Shown one piece after another: positions 1 to 14,885 of a stretch of DNA of 64,000 nt. Source of the DNA: Amoebidium appalachense (lineage: Eukaryota > Protista > Ichthyosporea); contig CAVNZM010000018.1 in the NCBI GenBank assembly GCA_963693365.1, positions 2,208,728 through 2,272,727 of the forward strand, in the 5' to 3' direction. The notes under the pieces are model-generated. The model was not told the origin of the DNA. It ran no database searches and saw nothing but the letters and a program-made list of their open reading frames with translations. The first letter of the stretch is position 1. The number at the start of each line of letters is the position of its first letter. A program made the translations under genes and the position numbers.

Positions 1-25
1 AGAGAGAGAGAGAGAGAGAGAGAAA

Positions 26-58
<33 letters not shown>

Positions 59-193
59 TGATGTATGTGTTAGAGGGTTGGAAACATGGAGGAGACAACA
101 GAGGGCAACGACGAAACGTCTCCAAAATGAAAAATCCGAAATCAAACTATGTAAGTGTGCAGGCGGAAGACACTTAAACAAAGCCCATCATCA
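59..193 (-). mobile_element. Family A ~135-bp interspersed element (TGATG...CATCA)
   Basis: Reverse complement matches copies at 39534-39668 and 42230-42363; flanked by G runs. A partial copy lies at ~691-730. Confidence 0.75.
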
Positions 194-437
194 GGGGTGT
201 TCCTAAGCCTCCACAAAAGGGGGGGGGGGGGGGGGGAGGGATGCTATTATATAGCAAACATAGAAGCAGAGACATTGAAAAACCGTGAAGACAAAAAACG
301 ACAGAAATAAAACAAAATCGTGCAAGCAGAAGATACAGAAACAAGGCCATTGCACGGGGAGGTGAGGGGGGGGGGGGGGGGGGGGGGAGGAGGTCTTATG
401 CCTTGACGAAAGAGCGTTTTTTTTTTGTTTTTTTTTT

Positions 438-480
<43 letters not shown>

Positions 481-485
481 CTTAC

Positions 486-1496
486 CTTCTTAGGAGGCGC
501 TTTTTTCTTCAGATTCCTGGAAAAAAAAAAAAAAAACCTTGTTAGCTCTCAACTTAAATTGCGAAACGATAGGTCACATTCCACCAGATGCTTATCGTCT
601 TTACCCGTCGCATAGCAACAGGCCCTCATCCTATCTATGCGCTCACACACAATAAAAACGAAAAAAATAAACTAGAAAAGAACGAAAGAAACGTGCAGGC
701 AGAAGACACTTGAACAGACCAAATCATCAGGGGGATTCCTATTCCTCCACCCGGAGGGGTGGGGTGGAGGGGGGTTTGAATGCGGAACACGGTACGAAGT
801 ACGCATACACGACGAGAAGCATGGTGCAGGACACATGCAAAGGCAAACATTCAATTATGCAACATCAGTCATGTGCACAGTATGCGTCATAAGCAGAGCC
901 CATCCTCAGGGAGGACCAGGGGGGGGGGGGGGGGGGGGGGGGGCTACCCAATGGGGATATCGTCATCCGAGTCGGAGGACTCGGCGTTACGTTTCTTCGT
1001 GTCTTTCTTCTTCTCTTCCTTCTTCTTTTCTCCTTTTTTCTTTTCCTCCTTTTTTGGCTCCTTCTTCACCTCTTTCTCCTTCTTATTCTCCTTGGGTTTG
1101 GCCTCCTTTTTGAGTGCTGCATTTCCAGGTGGGACGGTGTTAGTATATAATAGAATATATAGTATAATATAATAGAAGGTATAACATACTACAAAATGAT
1201 ATGATATAGTATAATATACTATATAACATAAAATAACAGACATGAAGTGGAGTTGAAGATGAAAACATTTAGGAGGGAATGCCCATGCCGTCTCATCCAT
1301 CCCCCCTCCCTCCTCCATCCCCCCCCTCCCCCCCCCCCCCCCCAAAAGGAGGATTCTACATACGAGATCTAAACACTCCCCCCACCTCCCCACCCACCCG
1401 CCCACACACACACACCCATACACACAGACACCTTCCCCTCCCCCCACCCCCGCTCCTCCCCTCCCCTCCCCCCTTTCTTTTTGGCTGGGATGGGGT

Positions 1497-1527
<31 letters not shown>

Positions 1528-2907
1528 GGGGGGGGGGCTGCAGTAGAAGAAGACGGAAGTTGGGACGGGGTTGTCTAGAAAGGGGGAAGAGGGGGAAGGG
1601 GAGGGGAGGGCGGGGGGGGGGGGGGGGGGGGGGGGGGACGGGGAGGTGTTTCTCTATTATTTTTTTTTCCTTTGGAGGAGGGGGGGATTACCGGACAGAA
1701 GCACATCTTCGTCATCACTATCATCCTTCTTGGCCTTCTTGACACCGTTGGTGTAGCCTGTGTATGTGTGTGTGTGTGTGTGCGTGCGTGCATGTACGTG
1801 TGTGTGTGAGGGAGGAGGGGGAGGAGGGGAGGGGGGGAGGGGGGGGTAGTTGGTGTGTGTGGTGTGTGTGTGTAAGTGATATGGTTCTGGTGGTTGAAAT
1901 GCAGAGAGAGAATATGCCAAGTTTGAGTTGCTGGACCCCCTCCCCCCCCCCCCCTTCTTCCCTGCCAACACAGACATACATACAGACACACACTCACCCG
2001 TGTGGGCATACACACACAAGCCCACACATCGGGGGGTTCGGGGGGTTCGGGGGGAAAGAGGGGGAGGGGGGGGGGGGGGGGGGGGGGCAAGTATACACAT
2101 ACCCTCAGCCGGGTCCTGAGGCTTGCGCTTCTCCGGCTCATGCTTGGGCTCCTTCTTCACATCAGGAGCAGCTGCCTCAGACTTAACCTCAGTCTGTGGT
2201 GGAAAAAGGGTTAAAGGGTTTAAAGGTCTATGTCGACATTTGGTAATGGTAATGGTGTAAACTTAACAATAAGAACCACAGAAAAATCATGTCGACACTA
2301 GTTAACAGGAAGGCGGTATTATAAAGTCCCATTACATAATGTCAGCTTTCAGTACCTGTACAATAAAATAAAAAAAATGAAAAAAAAATGAAATAATGAA
2401 AAAAAAAAACCCAGAAGTATGCTGGTTTTTGCAAATAGTGAAGGTGAAAAATATTTAAGCGCCATTTAGAAATGATTTCATTATTATAAAAGGCCGCGGC
2501 ATTTAGAAAGAGTAAAGGTAAGAAGTAAACATCATTAAAAATCCCCGTATATATTTGGTATATTGGTCAAGGAGATATAATATAAAACCGCCTAGCATTA
2601 TGCCGGTATTTCCAGGTGTGACGTCAGCATGTCATCGCCATAACCTCAATATGACATCATGCACTAACTGGAATAATTGTGCTACTTCACCCCACCAACA
2701 CAAAGCCAGCAGTGCAGATTATTTGCCTTCAGATCCCACCATATATGAAATCAAAATCAGCAATAAAACTAGACACTTTATGTTAGTAATAATATTGGTG
2801 CAATGAGCGACATTAAAATTTATGAATTTGTGGTGCTATATCTAGAGCAATACCTGGGCCTCAGCCTTAACCTCCGGGACCGCAGGTGTAGATGCATCCC
2901 CGTCCAT
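486..2907 (-). CDS. 5' portion of a Lys/Glu-rich protein, possibly DNA topoisomerase I N-terminal region (gene continues beyond left edge)
   Basis: Phase-consistent GT-AG exons 2907-2854 (MDGDASTPAVPEVKAEAQ), 2193-2103, 1757-1692, 1116-948, 516-486 give ...KKDDSDDEDVLLSALKKEAKPKENKKEKE...AESSDSDDDIPIGNLKKKAPPKK. Repeated acidic SDxDDxPI/L motifs among Lys tracts resemble fungal/plant Top1 N-termini. No catalytic domain lies in the window, so the product call is tentative. Probable 5' UTR exons at 3762-3699 and one ending at ~4592. Confidence 0.6.
775..908 (-). mobile_element. Family B 134-bp interspersed element
   Basis: About 6 differences from the copy at 8828-8961; flanked by G runs. Confidence 0.8.
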
Positions 2908-3325
2908 TATCTGTGAGTGTGAAATTTGCTGATCAGAACATTAGGTATTTATGTTGGATTAATATGGAAACTTTGGGTATTTATGCTAATTGGTACAGTA
3001 GCCTAATGCGTTATGTTTGATTGAGAGCGCAAAGACACTACGTGTTTATGTTGGAGCTAAAATTAGAATACGTTTTCTTTTGTGTGAATGGTATGCAAAT
3101 CCCTGTCCAAACCTTAGGTATATATGTTGATGAGGCTCGACGTTTATGTTCACCATGAAATAAGATATGTTTTCAGTCTACAGCAAGAACGACTTAGTTA
3201 AGTTACCCACAATAGTTCGGAAGATGAACAGGGCCTATAGATAGGTTAAAAGAATTGAATTGGGTGTATGCAAGTGAAAGTTTGTTGGCAGCTCGTTAAA
3301 CTTAACAAGGAATGAGAGCGAGATT

Positions 3326-3617
3326 CTCGGCCTTTACAATACCGGGTTTTTATGGATCTATACCATCCCGCACATCCACCCATGCACACAAAACCACAAA
3401 AACAACCCACCTACTCGCTCATGTCTACACAACCAACCATCAGCCCCCTACCGCCCCATCTACACATCCACCTCGGACTTTACAATACCGGGTTTTTATG
3501 GATCTATACCATCCCGCACATCCACCCATGCACACAAAACCACATAAACAACCCACCCACTCGCTCATGTCTACACAACCAACCATCATCCACCTGCCGC
3601 CCCATCTACACATCCAC
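3326..3617. repeat. Tandem duplication, 146-bp period, 2 copies
   Basis: CTCGG(C/A)CTTTACAATACCGGG... starts at 3326 and 3472 with few mismatches. Confidence 0.9.
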
Positions 3618-5939
3618 CACCCACCCCACCCACCATCCACCTAGACACACGAACAACATTGGCTTCATTCCTCTTTCAGATCTCACGTTCCAGCATACCT
3701 TAAACTAGTGCCGATGGCAAGACCACCCGAATTTGTATACTGCTTGATGGAATGACGAAGATCTGCAAGGAACATGAATATCAGTATATACCATGGTGAA
3801 CTAAAGGAGAGGAAGGGGAGGAGAAAACACATCTTGAAATGTGGGAGAAAGAGTTGTCGAGGGGGGGGGGAAGGGGGGGGGGGGGGTTAAGAGCCATGCG
3901 TCAATGTTGTGCTGACAAGCACTTCGTTTTAACCCATTTGTGACTAGTTGTTACTAATTTCTCCTATGTGCTTGGCTTTCAGGTTTTCAAATTTGTCTAT
4001 ATGTCTGTGTTTGTGTGTTTGCATATCTATGTATGTATACCAGTTGACGGGAGACAGGTCAAGATGCCCACAAGAGATTCCAGAAATTATTCGATGTGTG
4101 AAAACCAGGAAACGAGCAGGAGGGCAACATAGTGCAAACAAATGCCCCCGGAGTGAAAACTGCGTATTTTTCAACACAAACAACCCGAGGTATGGGAATC
4201 CTGATTTCTCACGTGTACCATCATTCATGAGCCACAACGGAATTATTCAATGTCCCAACTCCTCAACTCGGTTTTTTTCAATGTCGTTGGCTCGGTTACT
4301 GAAGCAGTGCTCAGACATCATAACTGGGTGGGCGTTCACTTATTAAAGTGTATCTTGCTATATTAAGCCCGCAAAAGAGGCAAAAATGCAATCAAAGTTG
4401 GCTCGAAAATGTGAATTCGGCATTCAACGAAAAAATCATCCATCACCCACGAACCGAGAAAAAACAATGTTACATCTCTCATGAGCCACACACGTAAATT
4501 ATCACAATCACCAGAGAGCAGAGGTAAAAATTGGCAGTTTTCAAGAAATACAGCAGAATATAGTAAAGATATGTGCTAAACAAAGTCTTACCTCAGGATC
4601 TGTTAGAGAAAATCTTCGTTTTCCACCTACAGGTAACAGGCTATCTGCAAAGTGAAGAGTCCGGAGCAGGCTGGTGCGAGGGGCAAATATTTGCCACAAA
4701 AAACGCAAGTGCGATAGCTACCGGACTGGCAGGTATTTCCAGGCACTTTTAACATTAAACTAAGAGAAGTTTAATTTAGATTTACATGTCTTTAAATCGC
4801 CAAAACGTACATATAATTGGTGATTAGGTTAGATCGGACATTCTTGTAAGATCTTCATCTACATTCCACAACCGGCCGTTGCCAACGATCCATATCAGAT
4901 TGCTTTCCCGCGCATTTTTTACATCAGTCGACGGTTGAGTTTCAAACGTTTGTACAGTTTTCGTCCCAACGCTGTCACCTACTGAGGTGACTCGTATTTT
5001 TCCTTACACACACAGCGAACACTGGCCCACTCTCGGGACCGTAGAGCCGCCGCGAGAGAAAGCATGCACGCGGTCGCGAGAGTGTAAGGAAAAATAGATG
5101 GGTGTGAGGCGAACGGCAAGTTCAAAGCAGCCCAGGCACCGTCAGTACGTGCCAGGTCCCAACACGTTCTCTCTTTTGTCTTGGGATTATAAAAAATAAT
5201 CGTTTCAAGCCTCAACCTCAACGATTCTGAAGACAGCCGCAAGTGGCAGGCAGCAGTTTATCACATAAAGCACCGTAGAAAGTAATCTATACTAGCACAC
5301 AGCTCTAGATGCGTACCAGCAAACTGCAGGGGCTCTTTTTGCGGAAGAAAGCATAGCCTTGTGCCCTTGAACAACAGTATGGACATTTGTGCGTCAGACT
5401 TCAATTCTGTGTGACGAATTCGAAGAGGGAGGAGGAGGGGGAGGGAGGCTGCAAGATGCTGTGTTCGAAACACTTCTCGGTTTCGAAGCATAGCACTTCA
5501 AGAATTAGTGGTCACAAGTGCTTGCCAGCACGTCCTGCACACCATCACGTTCATACAGAATCATACATACGTGCTAGTGTGCTCACGCTTTTTTGGGTCT
5601 TGATCCTTATATTGACTGCTTAGTGTTTTAAAACCCATGTCTTATGCATCCTTGCACGCTTTGTTTATTAGTGAGATGTTCGCTGCCACCCCCGAGTCTT
5701 GCTCCGGCAGGACAATTGCGTCACAGCTGTTTGCTCATGCACGCTGTTTCAGGAGAGGCGGTGAGCACATGCACACTGTCTCGACTTCCTTTGGCGGAAA
5801 GGGCCCAAGGTCTGCCCGGGAGGAAGGAAGGGCGGAGGGGCACGGATGTCTTGTGTTCCGGCAAGATGGTCGTGTTTTGTTTGGGTGGGTGGGGCGGGGG
5901 GGGGGGGGGGGGGGTTGTGACTTTAGGGAAGGGGGCTAT

Positions 5940-6045
5940 AGGGATCGCACGTTCGCAATCCCGATCCGACGCGATCGCACGCCTGATTGGCTCATAGCTT
6001 ACGCAAGATGTGTAATCTCGTGGCAACCAGCCGGCTATAAAAGTC
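5940..6045 (+). promoter_or_regulatory. Putative COPZ1 core promoter
   Basis: Reverse CCAAT (ATTGG 5986-5990), RFX-like half site GTGGCAAC (~6020-6027) and TATAAAA (6036-6042), upstream of a plausible first non-coding exon ending at a GT donor at 6302. Confidence 0.4.
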
Positions 6046-7457
6046 ACGGTCAAGAATTTCGTTCACAAAATCCTGTTTTCCTCCGTTTTTTTTTTGTTTT
6101 TTTTTTTTGGCTTAGGGCTCTCACTTGGGATCATTAGGACGCACCACAAGATCCTCTTAGTTTTTTATTTAGTAGTTTACTCTTTCATAGCTTGTATACC
6201 TATTTTACCCCCATAGTTGTTGAAACTAGAGGGACTCGGGTCTTTTTGTGAGAAGCATCTAGCGAACAAGCATCACACATTTACCATTAGGACGGTCTTA
6301 GGTACTTGTTGGTTCTACCAAGCATCCCAGAGTGAAGTTAACAACTCTCTTTGAGAATTATCAACAAAAATGGTACGTTGAAGCATGTGTTTGCTATGTC
6401 TTTCGTTTTTTTGCAACTTGAACCTGTCTGACGACACACACAGTGTGAACCTATATTTTGTGTGTCACATGTGGAGAGGGAAAGTGGGTTGTATGGTGTA
6501 TGGGGCTTTGTGTCACACAGATCCTTGGATGGAGGAGAAGTTATTCTTCTACAGGGTGGGCGTGCACGGATGACCAACTGTGCATTTGTGTGTGTGTGTA
6601 GGGGAAGGAGGGGGTGGAGGGGGGGGGGGGGGGGGGAGGGAGGTGTTGATGGGGCGAGCTTGGGTCATTGGGTGTTGGAGGGAAGGATGGATGCCTTCCA
6701 TTTGACTAGGCAAAGCCCGCCCGATGGGAAAGTTTTATGATAAGTTAGCCCCCCCTTCCCAGTTATTTTCGTTCCGCTTTTGCGTCTGGGCTTGGATTTT
6801 GAAGCCTTGAATCCCATTTTTGCCGTCCAAGGATCCATACTCATCTCCCCCCTCCCCCCGCCCCAACCATTCCCCCCTTTCCCCACTCCTCCGCGCTTTT
6901 GCCCTCCCTGGCATTCAGTTGATATGGGAAACTCACATGATGGGGAAAACTTAAAATGAGCTTTGGAGAATGAAAGGGGGGCAGGGGGGGGGGGGGCTTC
7001 CTTTCTTGCCTCCTCCTCCGCTAGTCTTCTTGTATGTCATCTCTCTTGCTCGCTCTCTATCTCTTCTCCCCCTCCCCCGCTGTCTCCGCCCCTTTGTCCC
7101 ACCCACTCTCCCCCTCCGCGTGTTAATCGTGAAAGGTTCTGCTGATGTCTCTCGGATGCACACTTACTTCGCCGAGTTGTTTATTAAATGGGGGAGAGGG
7201 GGGGGGGGGGGGGGGGCTAGGACTCACGTTCTCTGTTTCCCTCTTTGTAGAAAAGCACCCCCCCCCCCCCGCCCTCCTCTCGCTCCCTCCCTCCCCCCGC
7301 CCTGCCTCCGCTATCCCTGTGTCTCCCTCTGTTATGTCCCCCCCTTCCTCTCCCTGGATTTCTGTGTTTGTTGTTCATCTGTTTGTTCCGTATTCTTTGT
7401 ACTGAGAATATTATGCACCCCCCCCCATCCCCCCCCCCCCCCCCCCCCCTTTCCCCC

Positions 7458-7572
7458 TGACGATGGGCTCTGTTCAAGTGTCTTCTGCCTGCACACTTCT
7501 AATTTTTGTGACGTTTTTGTTGTTGCTCTTTGTTGTCTCCTCCACATTTCCAACCCTCTAATGCATACATCA
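7458..7572 (+). mobile_element. Family A element (internally shortened)
   Basis: TGACGATGGGCTCTGTTCAAGTG...CTAATGCATACATCA between C runs. Confidence 0.75.
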
Positions 7573-7590
7573 CCCCTCCCCCCCCGACCC

Positions 7591-7624
<34 letters not shown>

Positions 7625-7685
7625 TTTGGCCCCCGTTTTCCCTTGCTGCTTATAGACCGAAGAGCTGCCCACACAACTCAAGGTG

Positions 7686-7822
7686 ATGGTATCCTAAGCT
7701 CTCGAGTTTTCTTTTTATTTTTTCTGTTTGTTTGTTCTTTATTTTTTTTTTTTTTTGGTACAATCCGCTTTCCAATTGTGGCTGTTCGTACATACACACA
7801 TACTGCACCTGTGCACAGTCAG

Positions 7823-7911
<89 letters not shown>

Positions 7912-8096
7912 ATATTCTCATAAAACACAAACACAGGCTTACACCTTCCCCTTTCATCACACCCACACACACACACACACACACATACACACTTTCTGCA
8001 CCATTGTCTTCCAACTCACACACACACACACACACCACCACACCACCACACGTACCACCACCGTCCAGCACACACACACACACACACACCTCCAAC

Positions 8097-8128
<32 letters not shown>

Positions 8129-8244
8129 ACACACACCGCATTTCCCCCCGCAACGCACACACACGCACACACACACACACACACACACAAACACATACAC
8201 ACGCGCGCACCATCACTCCCTCTCCCGCCCAAAAAAACACACAC

Positions 8245-8290
<46 letters not shown>

Positions 8291-8467
8291 ACACAGGCAA
8301 CCACACTGTACGCAATCAAGGCTGTGATCATGATGGACAACGATGGCCACCGCATTGTTGCCAAATACTATGACGACACCTTCCCCACGTCCAAGGAGCA
8401 GAAGGTCTTCGAGAAAAATCTGTTCGCAAAAACCTGCAAAGCAAATTGTATGTTTGAAAGCAACCGC

Positions 8468-8501
<34 letters not shown>

Positions 8502-8959
8502 TATGAGGTTCGATTTCGGGTGTCGTATTTTTGTGACGTTTTGCCTTTTGCCTTTTGATTTCTCCTTCAACCCTCTAATGCATAAAGCCTCTTCTGCCTG
8601 CACGCCACAATTGTCTGAATTCGGGTTTCTCGTGTTTGTGACGTTTTGTTGTTGTCCTTTGGTATCTCCTCCATATTTCCAACCCTCGAATGCATACATC
8701 CCCCCCCCCCCCCCCCCACGGGTTGACCCACCCAAGTTCATTTGATGCTGCTGTCTGAGTTGGAGCCTTGTATATACGCGGGCTAAGGGGTCAAAACTCA
8801 GACGCAATTGATGACTTGGGCCCTCCCTGAGGATGAGCTGTGCTTATGACGCATACTGTGCGCATGGCTGATGTTGCATACTTGAATGTTTGCCTTTGCA
8901 TGTGTCCTGCACCATGCTTCTCATCGTGTATGCGTACTTCGTACCGTGTTCCGCATTCA

Positions 8960-8992
<33 letters not shown>

Positions 8993-9213
8993 ATCTGCAT
9001 TATGTTGCCCTTAGGAATGCCTACTTCGTACTCTGTAACCTTCCCCTTCCTTCCCCCCCCCCCCCAAAAAAAATCCCACCCAGCCCGGTAGTCTTCTCGA
9101 TGCTCCCAAGCTTCGCCCCGGGGGGCATGCATGTACAGATACAAGCACACTCGTCCGTGTGTCCTCCCCCCCCCCCCCCCCCCCCTCTGCTTCTGGTCCC
9201 GTCGACCCATACG

Positions 9214-9263
<50 letters not shown>

Positions 9264-9691
9264 GCGCGCAAACCTCCCCCCCCCCTCCCCCCCCCCCCCC
9301 GGGGGGCATTTACTGACTCACCCACCCACTCACTCACCCCCCCCCCCCCCCCCCCCCCCCCCCACACACACATAATCACACACACCTCTCCCCCTCTGCG
9401 CACACACGCACACACACTTGCCGCCACCACCACCACCCCCCCCCCTCCAAACACACACACACACAGCCGAGATTGTGATGTTCGACGGTGTGACTGCGGT
9501 GTACCGGAGCAACGTGGACCTGTTCTTCTATGTGGTCGGGTCCAGCGATGAGAACGAACTGATGCTCATGAGTGTGCTCTCGACATTCTACGACGCCGTG
9601 GCTATCTTGTTGAGGTACTGTGTGCACACGGGTACACGCACATGCATGTACCCACAAATAAAGAGAGGGGGGGGGGGGGGGGGGGGGAGAT

Positions 9692-9727
<36 letters not shown>

Positions 9728-9993
9728 CGTGCACACATACAAACACACAAACACGCACGTGCGCGCATACACACAGGCACGCATACACGCGCACATACGC
9801 ACACACACACAAACACACACACGCACCAAAACACATGCGCGCACATACACACAAGCACAGAGAGGGGGAGAGAGAGAGAGAGAGAGAGAAAGACGTGCAC
9901 ACATACAAACATGTGCGCGCGCACACACAGATACGCATACACACGCCTACATGCACGCGCGCGCGCGCACGCACACGCACACACACGCACACA

Positions 9994-10025
<32 letters not shown>

Positions 10026-10039
10026 CACACACGCACACG

Positions 10040-10094
<55 letters not shown>

Positions 10095-10214
10095 GTACAC
10101 TTATTGATAAGGGCACACATGGTTTGGAGCTGTATGTGTACGTCCAGTGCACGTAGATACATGCAGGTGCGAATACACACGTAAATCCCCATCGCATCCC
10201 CTCACATGGACACC

Positions 10215-10268
<54 letters not shown>

Positions 10269-10529
10269 TGCATGCGGAGACTTGTCATGCTGATATGAAT
10301 ATCCACCTTAGCACAGTCATGCATGCCTAAAAGCAGCACACGGTTCCCAAACACCTCACTCAAGCTGACACTTACACCCGCACAGGCACACAGGCACACA
10401 ACACATACACACACCTGCTCACACCTGCTCACACGCACACACACCAGCGCATGAAACTCCCACCCAGCATGCTAGAAATGTCGCTATTGAGTAGATTGCG
10501 TGTTAGACAAGGTTCATGTATACACATGT

Positions 10530-10571
<42 letters not shown>

Positions 10572-10643
10572 AACATATGATTTCACGTGTCCTTGTACAT
10601 GTGGAGATACACACACTTGCATGACCAGCGGGGGAAAGAGGGA

Positions 10644-10689
<46 letters not shown>

Positions 10690-11279
10690 TTGGGATAGAG
10701 TGTGATGTGGAAACGGGTTCCACACTGACAAGAGACAGCACGCTACAGTTTTTGCAAAGAAGAGCACACACATAGGTTATGGTTGCAAATGGGGGGGGGG
10801 GGGGGGAGGGGGGGGGGCTATCTGGCTGGGTTATCTGACGATGTTTTTGCACACTCCAGAAACAACGTAGAAAAGCGGTTTGTGTTTGACAACTTGGACG
10901 CCATCTTTCTGGTTGTGGACGAGTTGGTCGACAAGGGGTGGGTGACAGGCACATGCATGCGCACGTCCACACACACACACACACACAAGCACACGCTCAC
11001 GCACACACGCACACAAAGAGAACGGCCGTGGGGAGGAAGGGGGGAGCGGGGGGGGGGGGGGGGGGGGGGGGGAATGAAATGGGACATACAGATAGACATG
11101 TGCTCAGACATGTATGCGCACGTACACACGCGGGCGCACACACACGTACAAAAATATTATGTGCGTGTACACACACACACGGGAAAGCGCTTGCACACAC
11201 AGCCACACTCGTGCACACATGCACGCATACATACGCAGCAGAACATGCAAACAGACGCTCACACACACCGTGTACACCT

Positions 11280-11332
<53 letters not shown>

Positions 11333-11513
11333 GGAACATGCACATCGCACGGGCACACGAAGCACTTGCGCACACGACCGCAGAGAAGGGGAGAGAGGGA
11401 GAGATAATGCAAGGAAATGCATACACACATCCCTCACCCTTCAGACAGGCATCACACATACACCTTGATATAGGCAAAAACCTGCACACACCCACATACG
11501 AACTCTACCAACC

Positions 11514-11548
<35 letters not shown>

Positions 11549-12403
11549 TTCACCCCATTCTGCCCCCGTCCTCCCCCCCCCCCCCCCCCCCCCTTTCCTC
11601 ATTCTAACCCTCCCTCCCTCCCTCCCTCCCTCCCTCTCCCTCCCCCCACCCCACCACCACCCATCCACCCGCCCACCCACCCACCCACCCACCCACCCAC
11701 CCCAGTGTGATCTTGGAGGCAGATGGGGCCATGATTGCCAGCCGGGCTGTGATGAGGACAGGCGATGACATGTCCCTGGCAGAGCAGAGCATCTCCCAGG
11801 TGGGAACACACACACACGCACACACACACACACCTTCCCACTCTGTTTTTCCGGTTGCCTCACCCCACACACAGGCAGGCATATACACACGTGCATACAC
11901 ACACAACCGCACACACACTGCATATGCATGCAATCGCGGGCACACACACGCGCGCGGGCACGCACACGCACGCTCACGCTCAAACTCACACACTCACACT
12001 CACACTCACACTCACACTCACATACACATGCACATACGCACCATACACACACCCACGCACCCACAAGCACGCACACGCACACACACACGCACACGCACAC
12101 ACACATACATACATACACGCACATGCTCGCAGGCAGCGGGCACACACTTAAAACCCACACACACACACACACACACACGGACTGACACATGCACGCACGA
12201 AGAGAGAGAGGAAGAGAGATGCACACACGAGTGTACGGACATGCATACACACATGCACAACACCTTCGTTATGTCTTCTTCGTTGCTTCCCTCTCGTCAC
12301 TTTCATGAAATTTCAGTATATCTAACAGGTTATCTAACACGGATTAATTCAACAGGCGCTGCAGTCAGCACGAGACCAACTAGTCACATCCCTACTAAAG
12401 TAA
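7686..12403 (+). CDS. COPZ1: Coatomer subunit zeta (COPI zeta-COP)
   Basis: Exons 7686-7688 (ATG only), 8297-8447, 9467-9614, 10860-10937, 11706-11799, 12356-12403 splice in phase to [26 protein letters not shown]...[22 protein letters not shown]...[23 protein letters not shown]...[23 protein letters not shown], matching zeta-COP along its length. Confidence 0.95.
8510..8700 (+). mobile_element. Two tandem partial family A elements
   Basis: TTTGTGACGTTTTG...CAACCCTC(T/G)AATGCATA occurs twice. Confidence 0.6.
8828..8961 (+). mobile_element. Family B element
   Basis: TGAGGATGAGCTGTGCTTATG...CGCATTCAAA followed by poly-C; near-identical to 775-908. Confidence 0.8.
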
Positions 12404-12538
12404 ATGGTTATCCCGTCTGTAAATGCCGAAAATTGATTTACCAAGAGTGTTGCTCTCTCTAGGAGTCCCTGTTTCTCCTCTTTCGGATTGGTTGATTTAG
12501 GCCCCGGACACAACGTTCTCACCCCTAGCACACACGCG

Positions 12539-12632
<94 letters not shown>

Positions 12633-12934
12633 CCTTGCACATGTATTGATTGTGGATATGGCTGTATTTATGTGCACTTCCATTTCTTAGAAGTTCGGTG
12701 GCGTAAATAAGCGCTTCTGGTGCTGCAGAATTGATATCTTGGCCCGAAATACTCTATGTGGATTCTAAAACAAGGGGATTTTGAAGTCAAGAGAATATAA
12801 GAAAGTGCAAGTGCACAAGAAAAATACCGGAACTTGATGGTAGTGTGAATTTATTCGTTTGTGGTGCCTCCCGGATGTAATAAGGCACTACACTTATACA
12901 CTCACACAACACACACACGCACACACTCACTCAA

Positions 12935-12969
<35 letters not shown>

Positions 12970-12978
12970 CACAGACAG

Positions 12979-13015
<37 letters not shown>

Positions 13016-13213
13016 CACTGTGCGTGCGCGCACGAACTTAGTACACTCACGCAGTCGCACTCGAGTATACTCCTACACCCAAACACACGAACACACACAC
13101 ACACACACACACACTGTCACCGTCCGCACACAGCTCGGTCTTTTCACCTGTGGCACCCCATCACGTATCTTCCTTCCCCACCCCTTCCCCCCCCCCTCCC
13201 CCCCCCCCCCCCA

Positions 13214-13331
13214 TGAGGATTGGGCTCTGCTTAATATGCATACTTTTTAAGTATGGTTTGCACTCTAGATCTGTATCGTGTTATGTGTTGTTCATGTGTA
13301 CTTCGTACTTTAAATAATTATGACGCATTCA

Positions 13332-13333
<2 letters not shown>
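13214..13333 (+). mobile_element. Diverged family B element
   Basis: TGAGGATTGGGCTCTGCTTA...GTACTTCGTAC...CGCATTCAAA between poly-C tracts. Confidence 0.65.
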
Positions 13334-13366
<33 letters not shown>

Positions 13367-13591
13367 ATGATCCCCCGCCCCTCCTCCTTGGTGGCGTCGA
13401 CCCAGGGTCACGTAGTCAAGTAAGGGAGTACAATAATTGTATATGTAGTTCACTGGACATTCACCTGACATTATGGGTTCAGTCAGGAATTCGAACTCAA
13501 AAAAAAATGTCGAAGTTCCTTTTTGTGGTAGTGATGGTTGTGGGGTGCCTGGGCAGGCGTGTGTGTACACTGTGTGTGTGCGTGTGTGTGT

Positions 13592-13636
<45 letters not shown>

Positions 13637-14067
13637 GCAATGATCACCTGGTCTAGCTCGATATACCAGGCACATAGTCCACAAGTAATTATAAATCAGC
13701 GGCCCGCACACACAATCATTAATAACGCACTCATGCACATGCAGACCTTTTTTTTTTTTTTTTTTTTTAAGAAAAAAACGGAAAACAAAGACACTTAAAA
13801 CCTATTCCCAAATGCACCCACGGCCCACACACACACATTTGATTCATACAGTACACACGTGTCACCCACCATTTGTAGCGCGCCAACACACACTTCTACA
13901 CACGAAAGACACACACACAGGTGCAGTCTACCGACAGTCTAAGCGGACTTGCACCCGCCTAGCAACGAAATTACAACTCCCTCATACACATCAACGAACA
14001 CACAACTGCAAGACTTAGTATGATAATCGATGTTGGGTATCCGGATCCTCCGAGTCCCAAAAGGTGA

Positions 14068-14724
14068 TTGTGATTGATTGGTTACTCTTTGGCGCCATCT
14101 GTTGTTATTGGGTGGATGTTATACACCAGCTAGAACCACACCTAATTTTATTGCTGCGATTCCAATGCATACGATTTAGATGTGTTGTGCTAGCCGCACC
14201 CTTTGTCATTTTTATTTGAGTATTACTTTTATTATAGAGTATTATGTAGTTGGCTGTTCTACATTCGTGTAACTCAAGTAGAAATACTATGGCAAAATGG
14301 TAGTTCCGTCGTTTTACTTACTCACAGCAGCAAAAGCATCATGAACACCTAATGAAAGTAAATTTAAAAGACGTATTTTACCTACCTTGGAACTCAGTCT
14401 GGAAATTGGAAGATTTTAAATTTACTTTTATTATAGAGTATTATGTAGTTGGCTGTTCTACATTCGTGTAACTCAAGTAGAAATACTATGGCAAAATGGT
14501 AGTTCCGTCGTTTTACTTACTCACAGCAGCAAAAGCATCATGAACACCCCAGACTCTACCCTACATGATGCTCCAAATAAAAATGACAAAGGGTGCGGCT
14601 AGCACAACACATCTAAATCGTATGCATTGGAATCGCAGCAATAAAATTAGGTGTGGTTCTAGCTGGTGTATAACATCCACCCAATAACAACAGATGGCGC
14701 CAAAGAGTAACCAATCAATCACAA
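14068..14724. repeat. Fold-back structure: 151-bp inverted arms enclosing a 127-bp direct repeat
   Basis: Arms 14068-14218 and 14574-14724 are reverse complements; 14223-14349 equals 14422-14548. Confidence 0.9.
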
Positions 14725-14827
14725 GATAAATGTGTTAAAAAGAAAAGCTGGCCGGAAAGCGGAAACATACACGGACCGTGTCATAGTTTCCACGTGTGTT
14801 TACGTATGTACACGCACGTACCACTGA

Positions 14828-14885
<58 letters not shown>

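Noticed and set aside
2905-3762. uORF ending in an overlapping TAATG stop-start at the Top1-like ATG
   Set aside because: The frame is open across exon 3762-3699, but I found no upstream exon supplying an in-frame ATG.
13480-13500. B-box-like GAGTTCGAATTCC on the minus strand (tRNA or SINE)
   Set aside because: No A box and no cloverleaf.
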